Of a stretch of 64,000 bases of DNA, positions 40,420-52,437 are shown piece by piece. Source of the DNA: Camelus ferus. Its lineage: Eukaryota. The position numbers were made by a program, and so were the translations under genes. The notes beneath the pieces are model-generated. The model saw only the letters and a list, made by a program, of their open reading frames with translations, searched no databases and was not told the DNA's origin. Each line of letters starts with the position of its first letter. Position 1 is the first letter of the stretch. Where the stretch lies: NCBI RefSeq assembly GCF_009834535.1, contig NC_045707.1, forward strand, positions 56,670,001 to 56,734,000. Reading direction: 5' to 3'.

Positions 40420-42569
40420 TTTAAAATGACTCTTGACTTCAAAGATCTAAATTAAAGTATAGTGGTAGGGCTCTGTTTAAAGGTGTCATATAAAATACTA
40501 CATTTTAATGCATTTTCCTTTTACAGTAATTAAATTGTGAAGTGCATGGTCAGAATAGCTCCTGATGTGAAAAATTTGCACTACATTGATATCATTTAGG
40601 AATTGATTTATCTTAGAAAACTGACAGTATAATGGATAGCATGTCATTAACCTTGAAACCAAGACATATAATTAGCCAAAGTTGAAAGGAACAAAGGTCA
40701 CTATCTGAAGGTTATCCTCAATATCTTGATCTAATTTCTAAAGGACAAACTACTTGATCTAACACTCACTGTCTAAGTAATCACAAAATAATCATTGTAA
40801 ATTAGTCTAAACTAAAGCTCCCTGTCCATCTGCAGAGTTCCTTTGTCCTGTGATAGGTAAGTGACAAAGGACAAGAATACTAGATTACTCTTGCTTATGT
40901 CCACGTGGTGCTGCCCCAGGAACACATGCAGCCTATTATGCTATGGTGTTTTATTAATCTTAGCCAAATTGGCCAGTGTGGTTAGTCTTTTCTAAAATGT
41001 AGTCTTCCTTCATCAAGTATAGGCTTTTCTAAAGCTTTTCAAGAAGGTGACATCATTGCAACCCTGGAGCCTTGATATTTTTCCCACTTGAGTAAGTGAA
41101 GATAAAGAAAAGCAATTAATCCAATCATTTGAAGGAATTTTAGACAGAAAAGCAGGCTTCAATTTTGATAAATACATTATTCTTCTTATTATAATAATTT
41201 GCCTTATTATTCAAAACATAAGAAAATAAATAAGTACAAATATTATTTGGGAAATTTTTCAAGTAATATAATGTGGATTTGCATAATATAAAGCAAGATT
41301 TAAATTTAAATACCTAATTTAAGTGTGCATGTAGGAAATAACATCTCATTAATGTAATATAACTAATAGAGCTATAGATAGACAGGTAGTAGAAAGATAC
41401 TGTGTTAAAACAGCAATTGCTTAAATATGAAGAGACTAGGTATAAAGCGTTCCATGGAGATAGCAATTGCTAAATGAAAGACATCATCCTTTAGCTGTAG
41501 GCTCATTTTAAAATGTTATGACAGCACCTATATTATTAGTCATTATCTTCAATTATTTAGCCAATTTTCAGAGTGCAAAATGCCTTACGTACAGTTTGAA
41601 TTTACATTTAGAGTACATTCATATAGAATATTATAATTTATTCATTAAAATTGGAGCTTTTGATATAAGTATAATGTAATACCTTTCCTAAAATGAACCA
41701 AAACATAAGTTACACATTTAAATTCTTAAAATGTAGTGTTTATGGCAATAAAAATAACAGGATATAATGATATTCTTAACCACTGACTGACAGGAATATT
41801 GAATTTATTCTTGCAGTAAAATGAAGAAATTAAACTAAATTATATTTTCCTGTATTAGAAAAACAAACTGCTAGTTTTAATCTCAATATAATTTTAATAT
41901 TAAGTTTTTGATAATATTAACCTAAATACTCAAAATTATTTTAGAGTACTTAAGAGATTTTCCTAAAATATACCTTCTGTTTGGATTTTGTCACATTTAC
42001 CATAAAAATAGTATCTGTGAGGTAATTATTTTTAGTAGCCCACATTTCAAGATTTTGAAAATGGTTTCTTCTAAAGAAATACAAAATCTCAACACTTGGA
42101 GATGAAAATATTTTCTCTTAACTGCTATCCTTAATGATACCAGAAATTAGCCAGAGACCATTGAATAAAAGATATCGTGGTGAAGTAGGAGGAATAAACA
42201 AATAAAACTGAGTTTGACCTAGAGTAAAGCAGTTACAAAAAGTTACTCAAATGAACAATCTGTCTTTGAATATTTCAGTTTAAAATCTAAAAATGTCATT
42301 TCTTTTCCTTCCTTGAGTAAGTTCAGTTTGTCAGCCACTTTACACATTATTAGATTTCTACTTAAGCACATACAGCTTTTTACCTTTTTAAAGTAAAAAT
42401 ACCTCAGAATAGTTTCAGTAGCTATTGCTTGCTTTTGATAAGTTGCTTATCTGAATTTAACAATTAGTACAGTAATTGCCCAAAAAGAGTATGTCACACT
42501 TGTTATTGGATCTACTGTGTCAGGCATAATATTTATTGGATTATTTATTTTATTTATTTATTACCAGCA

Positions 42570-42938
42570 AATGTTTAGTTTCCATCTGTAACCATACAGT
42601 TGACCCCCTGTATTCCTTTCACCCTAACCTCTTCTCCAACCCGCTTCCCCTCTGGTGGACACTAATGTGTTCTCTGAAGCTATGTGTTTGCTTTTGTTTT
42701 GCTTTGTTTATTTTATGTTTTATAGTCCATATATGAGTGAAATCATATTGTTTTCTCTTTTTCCCTTGGACTTATTTCATTTAGCATAATATGTTCAAGC
42801 TCCAATAATGTTGTCACAAGACTGCATTCTTTTTTTATGGCTGAGGAGTTTTCCATTGTGTATATATCTACACCACATCATCTTTATGCATTCATCCATT
42901 TGTGGACACTTAGTTTATTTCCATATCTTGGCTATTGG
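42570..42938 (-). mobile_element. L1 3' fragment (L1MA9-like)
   Basis: 'ccatatatgagtgaaatcat...gacttatttcatttagcataat...ttttttatggctgag...ggacacttagtttatttccatatcttggctattg'. Confidence 0.88.
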
Positions 42939-43429
42939 CTATCATACAGCCTTATAAGAGAATCAGTATTATCTGAGGAAATTATTTTTAGTGCAGCCTT
43001 ATAGGTTGTCTTAGCTTCATACCATGTGATTTAGGAACAACTTGAAACCCCTCAAAGGGTAATTCCAGTGCATTTACCCCCAAAATGAACATAAAAAGGA
43101 TTTTTATATTTACCTTAAAAATCTAACCAAACCAAATGCTCTTATTCTGATAAAAAGGCAATGATAACAATATTTGAAAGCACTTTTTAAATTCACTAAT
43201 AAACTAAATGGAATGTTGGTGGCTTTAACATAAATTCTATATAATTTAGTTATGTATTTTTGAGATGAAACCTCAGGATTGAGAGAGTAGAGCAAGGTAT
43301 GTTTATCTATCAAGACCATCCCTGACTTTTATCTGCTTATACAAATTTGTTCTACAGTGTGTGACCTCTAATTTTTATCTCAGCTGCAAATACTAGGTTT
43401 TGCCTGATTTCTCAGGTCTGGAATTACTA

Positions 43430-43630
43430 ATGCTAATAATAGCTGGAATTTATTTAGCTCTGTGTATAAATGATCTCCTTTAGCCTACGATGTAGATACT
43501 ATTTTATCCCAATTTTATACATAATGAAATGGGAAATATAGAGTTTCAATAATTTGCCTAAGGTCACCTGGCATATGATAGGATTTGAAACCTGACAGTC
43601 TACTTAGATGATGCTTTTAGTACTATATCT
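43430..43630 (-). mobile_element. MIR fragment
   Basis: 'atactattttatcccaattttatac...aataatttgcctaaggtcac...ggatttgaaacctgacagtct'. Confidence 0.7.
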
Positions 43631-45299
43631 CCTTACTTAGGGTAGAAATTCTCCCTTGCTCTTTCAACCTCTCATGGGCTGAAATTCTGTTTCTGTGTCT
43701 CTGAGTAAAGCCCACACGTGGCCAGGCATTCTACTTATCCCTACTTGACTGCTTGATTCTGACCTATTATGTGTGGACATGATGATTCTCAGATGATCTC
43801 CCTATTAGAATATTTGTGCATAATTTATCACTACACCTCAATGGTACATCTTGTTGCCTGTTTTTTTGTCCCAAGGCGCTCTTTATATCCTGACTTCCTC
43901 CTAAACTTGCTGAACTCTTTCAAGATTATTAAAGATCAGTTAAATGACTTCTATAATAATGTGGCATGAGATATTGAGTCACAATGGTAAAAAGGGAGAA
44001 AAACTGAGAAATGTTTTATAGTTAAAACTCAACAAATCTTAGTATTGTATTAGACTCAGGATCAAAATTCAGAATTAAATAAATGGCGATTCCAAAATTA
44101 TGACCCTTAGTTATTGGGAGGATGGATGTATCACATCTCCAGAGAAAAGGAACACTGAGAGGAGTAAGGAATAAAAAAGAAAAGAAAGAAATTTGGTTCT
44201 GGCTACATTAAGTTTCATAGTGAGATATAGTAGGAGCTAAATAAATTGCATTAAAAGGTACACAGTAGGGTATTTAGGAATTTAATTGTAAATTTAATTG
44301 TAGTTATCAGACTAAGGCATAGATTGATATCTAATTTTGCCAGTTTCAAGGCCAATTCATTTCAAATTGAATGTGCTACACTTAATTGATAATAATTTTA
44401 AAAAATACATAAAATGCTCTCACTGAGGCAGAATCTGCTTTACAAATGTATTCAGTTGATCTCAAAAAGTTTCAGTAGTAAATTTGAAAATACTCTTAAC
44501 AATTTTTATTTATGACTTTAATAACTTTAAAGTGAAGTTAAAAATCAGTCTAAAATATTCTCACTAATGATGCTAAGGTTTTAACTGCAAGTAATCCTGA
44601 AGGTGTTTTAATAAATATCTTATTACAGGATTCTATTTTATAGAGAAACAGAGGTTTAAAGGAAGACATTCCTGATAACTTGCTTAAGCAAATGTATATA
44701 GTTATTTATAACATTTATGCAATTAATGCATTTTTATTTAGAAAGCAAAGAAAAATTTCTCTGTTTTCTTTCACTTCTCTTTTTGTCTCATTTTTTCTGC
44801 TATAACCCAAAACAACTAACACTTTTCACTCTTCTAGAACACTAAGATTCCTTAGTTATAAGGTGAAAACTCAGTGACTATTTGTCAACCTGATTCATAT
44901 TACAGTAATCACATATAAATGTATAGGTAAAGGTTGATTAATGTAGACTTCACAAAATATGCCTCGTGAAAATTGATACTTACACAAATGTGTGGAAGCA
45001 CAAGAGTCAGTGCCCATGTGCTTATATGACTGTCATATTCTGCAGTTCATGTTTTTAGACAGGTAAGAGGAATAGTGTGTAGCATAAACATAACAGGTTA
45101 CATGAATCCCCTATAATAATGCTTACTATTTGTGATAGAATTGGGTATTAATTTTATGACCATTGATTCCAATTAATTGCATGTATATTTTTAATATACC
45201 CGTAACAGAAATTTTAAACATAACATATTATCTACATATCTTTTATTTTCATCATCACTTTCACAAACTGTATGTGAAAATGGCTAAGCTTTTATCAAA

Positions 45300-45650
45300 A
45301 AGCCTCTTCATTCTTCTTCCAGCCTTGAGGCTAGAATATTTTTCTAGCCTCTCTTGTAATTAGATGTTGTCATGTGAGTTATTCTCACTAGTGGCATATG
45401 AGAAAAGTGTGTGTCACTTCTGCACCAAGGATTTTAGAAGTAGTTAGATATGCTTCCTCTCCCACCATCTGGGTGAAAAACCCAAAGAAATGATAGATAC
45501 CAGACAAGAAGGGAACCTAAATTACTGTGGGGAAGAAAGTGGCCCACTGACCAATACTCACCTTGGAATACCGAAAAAATTAAAAATAAACTTCAGATGG
45601 GTCTGGGACCCATTATTTATTTGGGATTGTTTTGTTGCCTGTCCTAAACA
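45300..45650 (+). mobile_element. MaLR LTR (MLT1I/J-like)
   Basis: 'ctagcctctcttgtaattagatgttgtcatgtgagt...gtgtgtgtcacttctg...aataaacttc'. Confidence 0.65.
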
Positions 45651-46597
45651 ATACAGTGTAATAATATCGTACAGCTTTATTGTTGAATGGAAATGAAATA
45701 AAACACACATTCCCACAAAACTATAGGTAGGTAAAGTGTATGATGGAAGTTATTTCTATCATCTATTCAAATCCACTCTAAATTTTAAATTCAATAGTAA
45801 ACATAAGTGCAGAAAATGTAATTTAATTGTTTTAATAATGTTACTGTAAACTTGTGAATATAGGCAAAATATTTTCATAAATGGATAACTAGATAGCTGA
45901 AATGAGGTGATACTGAGATTAAAATGTCTGTTACAATTGTAAATATTTGCTTCCTTTTGTATCAAAATTATATTTGCATTTAAAGGACAAATTATTGCCA
46001 CTTACTAAATCTTTGTTATTGTCATAGCCCACACTCAATTACCCATTTTCTTTGGTGCCTGGTCTTAGTACACTTTATCTTGACATACAAAACCATCCTT
46101 GGTTTAAATAGAACAAGCACTTTTTATTACTATTACTATCATTATATTACTAACATACTATGTGATATTCAGAATACCTAAAGAGATAGGCCATCATAGT
46201 AAAAAGCCATAGTTGTATGTCATGCTCCTCTTAAAAGAGTATATAGATAAAAAGACCATATTTGAAATAAAACGTGCAGAAGAATTAGTAAGTGTAGCTA
46301 TTAATATTGTGTGTCTCTGTGGATTATTTTTTTTTCATTGATGTTAGGCACTAAAACTAATGAAAGAGGTGGCTTCCACTACCTCTGCCTAAACTTAGTT
46401 GAATATCTAGTAAATAAGCATATTTTATCTTAATCATTGATCCTTGGCTTTCAAAAACCATTAAGAACAGAAGATAATCTCATCATAATAATTGATTTTG
46501 TATTGTTTAAGAGGTTTTTGTTTAGACTGAAAAATATCAGCTGTTTTTCTTGTTCTGTACTTATTTTATGCTCAAATTTCTTCAGTTTTATTTAATT

Positions 46598-46789
46598 AGT
46601 GTCCTCAAAGTGAGATTCCAGACCTCAGAGTATTCTATTACCTGGGAACTTACTAGAAAGAAAATTCTTTGTCCATTCCACAAAATCCAAAACTCTACTG
46701 AATCTGAAACTCTGGGGATGGGGCCCTGAAATCTGTGTTGTAACAAACCCTTTAGAGATTCTCTTGCATGCTAAACGTGAGACCCACTA
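46598..46789 (+). mobile_element. MER5A (hAT-Charlie)
   Basis: 'ctcaaagtg...acctgggaacttactagaaa...ctactgaatctgaaactctggggatggggccc...aatctgtgttgtaacaaaccct'. Confidence 0.85.
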
Positions 46790-47492
46790 TACTAGACGAA
46801 CCCCTGTAGGGGGGTGACTTTTCTTCATGTAAATAGGTTGAACTAATACTTTCTGCAATATTCCTTCTTAAAATGCCTTAATTTTGATGGGAAATGTTGT
46901 TTACACTCTGCAGTGGTGTTAAGCATCAGAATGTGAGAGCACATAGTAATCTAAGATGAGAATGACCACGAAGATTATATCTTCTTACTAAAATATTCCT
47001 TGCTCCATGACTGCTTTCTGCCATCCATTATCAAATTGTTTCTTTCTGTAATATCAACTATCAGGTAGTCTTTAAATCTGTCTACTATCAATTGCATGTG
47101 GGCATTATATTTAGAATTAATACTTTCATTCGTTGTATGAATAGGAGTAAGGTAAATCAAGACTTTTCTTGGAAATACTAGCAACATTACTTGGCAAATG
47201 TTGATTACCAAGGAAATTCCTTATTAGTTTAATAAGGAATTCTTGTACAAAGAGACAATATTAACTGTCTTTTAAAGACATGAAGGTTTCTGAGGTATAA
47301 AGAACATTTAATGTCTTCTAGGGAATTCCAGAGAGTGAAAGTTATGAGTACTCACATATGATTAGTAGGATAAACCTATTATTAAATTAGATCTATCTGA
47401 AAACAGACTGGGATGCCTTATGGCTCAATAAGTTTTCCTGTCGTTAAGAGATTAAGCCAACATCAAATGGTAGGTTGACTGGGGGGTCTAGA

Positions 47493-47638
47493 TCCTTGCT
47501 ACTCAAAGTGTGCTTCACTGGGCGTAGTTTGTTACAGTGCAGAATCTCAGGGTCCAACCCAGTCTTAGTGAATCAGAATCTGCATTTTAACAAGATCCGC
47601 AGGTGATCTATATGTACGCTATATTTGAGAAACAGTGC
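47493..47638 (+). mobile_element. MER5B/MER5A-like (hAT-Charlie)
   Basis: 'tgctactcaaagtgtg...gcagaatctcaggg...gaatcagaatctgcattttaacaagatcc..aggtgat...tttgagaa'. Confidence 0.85.
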
Positions 47639-48721
47639 TCCAGCTAACATCTAATGAATCTTCATAATACTCTTATACTTAATTTTCATAGGATTATGTT
47701 GTGATGCAGAATGTGTATAACAGTCTAGAAGAGAAGGGTGGTAAATGCATGAGACTGACCTCATATTTTACTGAGGTCGTTAACTGAATTAAATGTTACT
47801 CCCCAAAATGAAACAGTCTGTTTCCTCAACTGTAGTTAATGTAAGTGAGCTGGAATTTGAATATTATTTCTATAGTTAGCTTTGGACTCTGCTTTACAAC
47901 AGAAGTGAAACATAATTTTTGGATTTGTTGCACTAAATCATAAGGGTATTTGTACAAACTTCCAAATTATACCCAATGTTGAACCCTTCTTCTAAATCCC
48001 TCCTGCATGCCCTCTTCCTTTTCACTATAACTAGGATACCTTAATTTCCCTCCCTGAAACCTTCTCTTTTTGCTTAGAGTAAGTACTGGTTTTGTCTTCT
48101 GCTTCCTTCCCTATCTCTGATGGGTTTATATGAATGGACAGCAGAGGCAGAAAGAAAGGAGAATAGTAAAGGAATGCATAGGTATGGGGGAACTGGAAAA
48201 GATTAAGGCACCAGACTTTGCTCAAGGCTAAAATTTACTCAGGCAGAGCGTACTTAACACACAATCCTCATTGCCAAAGCAAAGACTAGAGAAGAGCTGG
48301 AGAGGTAATGAGAAGTGACAGATGCTGCCACACCCTAGATTGGCTCTGGTCTCTACAACCATGACTACCGTGCCCTGGTCCTGGGAGAAGGAAGCCGCTT
48401 AAAGAAACGACAAGCACGGAAGGCCAGAGAGCCTGAAGATGCCCAAGCCCGTTCCGGTCCCCAGCAGTGCGGGTCAACACACGCCTTCCTGTAGAGACCA
48501 TTGTTTGTGGGAAGCCCAGGCAAGGAAGAGCGTACCTTCTTCCCACACCTGCCCAATCCCAGCCCTGCTTTCGCCGGGGGCACTGGGACCAGCGCGAGTC
48601 TCAACAGCCCGGGAGCGGCTTTGGGGGAGTCGTGAGTATCCGTGAGCGCGTGTGCGTGAGGAGGAGAGCAAAGACGTGATTACTTCAGAATTTATTTAAG
48701 GGCCGGTGGAAACCACTGCAG

Positions 48722-48877
48722 CAGCTTCCAGGGGAAGCCCTCCTTTCAGAGGAAGAGGAGGTGGCGGCTGCCAAGGAGGAGGAGGGGGTAGGGACGGAGG
48801 AGGAGGAGCAGCAGTAGCAACAGCACGAGGCAAGTGAGGAGAGAAGATGCTATAGCATCCACACCGGCGCCCCGCAG
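48722..48877 (+). other. PPFIA2: PPFIA2 non-coding exon 1 (5' UTR); start position approximate
   Basis: Lies in the CpG island ~25 nt downstream of a TATTTAA box and ends at donor CAG|GTTGGT (48877/48878). Sequence resembles my recollection of the human PPFIA2 mRNA leader. The TSS cannot be determined exactly from sequence. Confidence 0.7.
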
Positions 48878-49593
48878 GTTGGTTCTCCCGGCCAACTGAT
48901 GCCAGCAAAGAGGCTTACAAAGAGGCTGGGAGCAGAAACTGGGTGGAGGGGGGTGGGGAGGGGTGACTGCTTGCCTTTCTGGGGAAGAAGCACCTCTTTT
49001 AAGTTAATCGAGACACCCCAGCTTGTAACTGGGCAGGGGGCCAGGAGGGGAGCTGTCCTGCTTCTCCCATCCCTGGGGACTCGCTTCTCTTTCGCTTTGC
49101 AACTCCAAGCGGTAGCCATAAACTCTGGAGGAGCTCCGGGTGGAGGACTGGTGGAGAAATCCCCTTCCAGATACTCCTCAAGCCTTTTCCTAAAGCTCAC
49201 ATTCGGGGGTACAGCCTCTGGCGGCCAGGACGCGGAGGGGGAGCAGCGCCGCTTGGTTAAGTTTCTACAAGTCAAATCCAGTCCCCACTTCCCAGCTCCC
49301 CGCCCCAGGTCTCCAGCTGCACGCGGGGAGCTGCGGCTGCTCCGGCAATCGGGCCGCTGCTGCTTTAAGAGCCGCCTCCCCCTGTCCTCCCTTTGACAAT
49401 GGTCTGAACCGAGCTCTGCTTCCCAAAGCAAAATTTGTAATATGCCATTTTTCCGATGGACGCTTCTCCTTTTGGCTGCTAACGGGGCCGCGGGAAGATG
49501 CCGAGTTTCTGCCACGCCACCCAGCCGGGGCACGTTCCGGGAGGACGCCCGGGCAAGCGAGTGTCTAAGCTGCCTTTCTACTCCCGTTGCTAG

Positions 49594-49700
49594 GGAAATG
49601 GTCCAGGAGTGCCGGGTGTGAGCCTCCCCTCTCGTCAAGCCGGAGACTGCGGTTGTCATTGATCAATTGAAGAAGCAGAATCCGAAATTACAGACATTAG
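49594..49700 (+). other. PPFIA2: PPFIA2 non-coding exon 2 (5' UTR, 107 nt)
   Basis: Acceptor cctttctactcccgttgcTAG|GGAAATG and donor ATTAG|GTACAG. Splicing to 53895 gives ...GACATTAG-CAATGATG, matching my recollection of the human PPFIA2 5' UTR. Confidence 0.8.
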
Positions 49701-51429
49701 GTACAGAAACTGTATTTGAGTTACACGGTTTCCCATCCGATTTATTTTTTCCTACCCCCTCCCCCTTCTCCTGGCCCCACCCCGCCCCCAGGGAAGATGA
49801 TATGCAAATTCCCTGTCAATTACTGTTTGTACCTTTTGCTTTCCACCCTCATCCTCTCCCTTCTATTTCTCTACCTTCTCCCCACTTGGTTCTCTCCTAC
49901 TGGGCAGGATGAAGAATTTTGGTGTGGAAATTATGAAGTCAACTTCTTCAGGGTGGTGGTGGGGGGGGTGTGGCTGAGAGAGAACTGTCCAGCCCTGTGG
50001 GGTGAGCTGGCTCTTCGGCCATCTGTAAATGCACTGGGGTAAAGAAAGTGCAAAATGCTTCCATTAGAGGTGATAATAATACTTCCTGAGGACAGGGGAC
50101 CTCAAAGAGTTAAATAGGAGGAGGAATATTCATGTAATGTAATCAGACAATGGCTAGAATTTCTTTCACCGAATTACTCCTTGTGGGTTAACTGAGGTGG
50201 AGATAGGTCGATTCTTAACACTAAATCTTTGCAGAAGAAACTAACTACAGAGAATAACTGCATCTTTGTCTCTAGCAGGATCCAAATCCTAATGATTTGT
50301 TTGAATAAAGTGATTCATTGACAGAAAAAAAGCCTTTTATTACACTGTCATATGTGGATAGGTACTATTTGAACAGCACATATTGCTAAGAAACATATTG
50401 GATCTTGAAAGCCCTTGGGTAATGACTTCAGGGGACATTCAAAACTTTTATTTTGAAATCTGAGAGATTTAGAAGACAGTCAAGGTTATGTGTTAAGAAT
50501 AAAGGAGTTGGTTTTCCTGGTATAAAATTCTCGAAGCTCAATTTAAGCACTGAGATAATTAAACCAACTAGGTTTATTATTTTTTTTTCTTTTCACAATA
50601 AACAATTGCTTTAACTAGGCCTTGAACCTTCAGTAATTTAATAAACAGGGCATTAACATCTAGAAGAGTATAACTCAAATCAATTAGCTTTGGGGAGAGG
50701 ATGAGGAAAAGGAAATTATCAAAGCAAATTGTTAATGTATGCCTTTTCTAGTTTTTCAAGAATCATGTGATCTATGCAGTTTTTAATATTGAAAATGATT
50801 CTAAAGTTAAGAGTAGTATACGAGAATGAACTAGACTTGAGATTGAATGACTACAGCCTTCTGGACTATGCAAGTTGCTTCAGATGTCATCCACTCTATA
50901 AGAGGGTGTTTAACTCTTACATTGAATACAGATTTTTAATTGCTTTTAATACCCAAAATGTGCATTTAAGAAAAAAGTTATACTATATTTTAAGAAATAT
51001 ACAACTATTTTGTAATTTATATTAGACGGAATCTCAGTCTTTAGCAAGAAACTAAGTTAGCTCTTTAAAGTGGCCTTATTTTTCACAGACAGATTTCTTT
51101 CCTTTTAATTTTGACGAAAAGATTTTAGATTTAACATTTGAGTTGACTGTGAGGAAAATGAAGCATATATTCATCTTATTTCCTAAGTAACTTTTGCATA
51201 GTTTGATTTTTTTCAATTGAATTTTAGAAGTTTGTAGTACCCGCTGGAATTAAACGTTTAGGCATGGAAGCAGTATGAATCATAAAGGTAAAACAGACTT
51301 TCTGCAAAGATGAATGTTGATAATTTTATGATACATACTTGAATTTGTAATAGCTGTTTATAATTTTACTTTGTGTTCTCAGTCAGGTATCCTATTGGAA
51401 GCTTACAATAGGCTTTTTAAAAAAAATGC

Positions 51430-51570
51430 CTGGATTATTATTCCTCTTTACAGAAGAGAAAATTGAAGTTTATAGATGTGAAGTGACTTGCCCTGGTTCA
51501 CATGCCTTAGGAGTAGAATTGAATCAAGTTCTTCTGGTGTAGATTTAATAGACCTTCTAAATCCCTTAGC
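51430..51570 (-). mobile_element. MIR fragment
   Basis: 'attattcctctttacagaagagaaaattgaag...gtgaagtgacttgccctggttcaca'. Confidence 0.75.
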
Positions 51571-52411
51571 TGCTTCTCATCACAGCATCTTTCAACTAAC
51601 TAAATCAAAAACCATTTTTTATACTGATCTAAGAGCCTAAAGTTTGGAAATGTCTAATGTCCCACAGTGATGACAAACGTTTGTTAGAATTAGGGTAGTA
51701 TATTCAGAAGAAAACTGTAGCTTAGGTAATCAGTGCAGTTATATTTTTCCTTGGAATTTAAAGTTGTTGTAAGTAATTCAGAGTAGAGATGGGCTGATAG
51801 CTTTCTTTCAGGGAGGATATGATTTAAAATATAGTTTTAAGAATGTTTAAGTGATCTTAAGTTTAAACCTTATAAGTGTTTTGGCACAGACTGTCACAGT
51901 GGTACCATTTCCTCCCTCAGTATTTATGTTTTAACTTTAAATGTCAAGAAGAAACACATTGGCTCCTGATCATGATTTCTCAGAATGACACAGCTGTTCA
52001 GTGTGTGGATTTCATGCATGGCATGTGAACTAATTGCTTTAAATATTCAAATGTGTTGGAACATGTTTTTTTGTTTCTAGTTCTTTTTTAATTAATGCAA
52101 AGAAAATTTGTAGCAGTTAGAAAATAGTCTCTTTTTTTCCCCTTTTTTTGCGATATATCATTTGAATGAAATTCAAAATGAAAAAGATACAAAAAGTGTA
52201 TTTTCATTCATTAAATGGTTAACATTAATAGCAAATGTATGAATGTGAGTGTGTGTGTTTAAATGCATGATATATATCTGCTCTGTGCTTTACTTTAGGG
52301 GGAATAAGAAATTGAACAAGTCAAGTTCTTGCCTTTGGGTAGCCCAGTGTTTTGAATGATGCTTTGATAATTCAAAGCATTATCTTGAATTGTCCTATAA
52401 TTTACCTCCAC

Positions 52412-52437
52412 ATTATTATTATTATTATTATTATTAT
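52412..52437. repeat. (ATT)n microsatellite
   Basis: Directly visible. Confidence 0.9.

Larger units (their letters stand above)
48400..49700. promoter_or_regulatory. CpG island / PPFIA2 promoter
   Basis: Abrupt GC- and CpG-rich segment in an otherwise AT-rich, CpG-depleted window. TATA-like TATTTAA at 48693-48699, GGA repeats, and YY1-like GCCATTTT near 49444. Confidence 0.9.

Noticed and set aside
40893..40914. REST/RE1-like motif TGTCC-ACGT-GGTGCTG (also half-site GGAGCTGTCC near 49049)
   Set aside because: Non-canonical spacing and mismatched flanks; only half-sites match.
48850..49659. 269-aa antisense ORF (and the overlapping 165-aa sense ORF 48899-49396) over the promoter
   Set aside because: Lies in a GC-rich CpG island where stop codons are scarce; Arg/Pro/Ala/Ser-rich with no recognisable domain; overlaps PPFIA2 UTR exons and intron 1.
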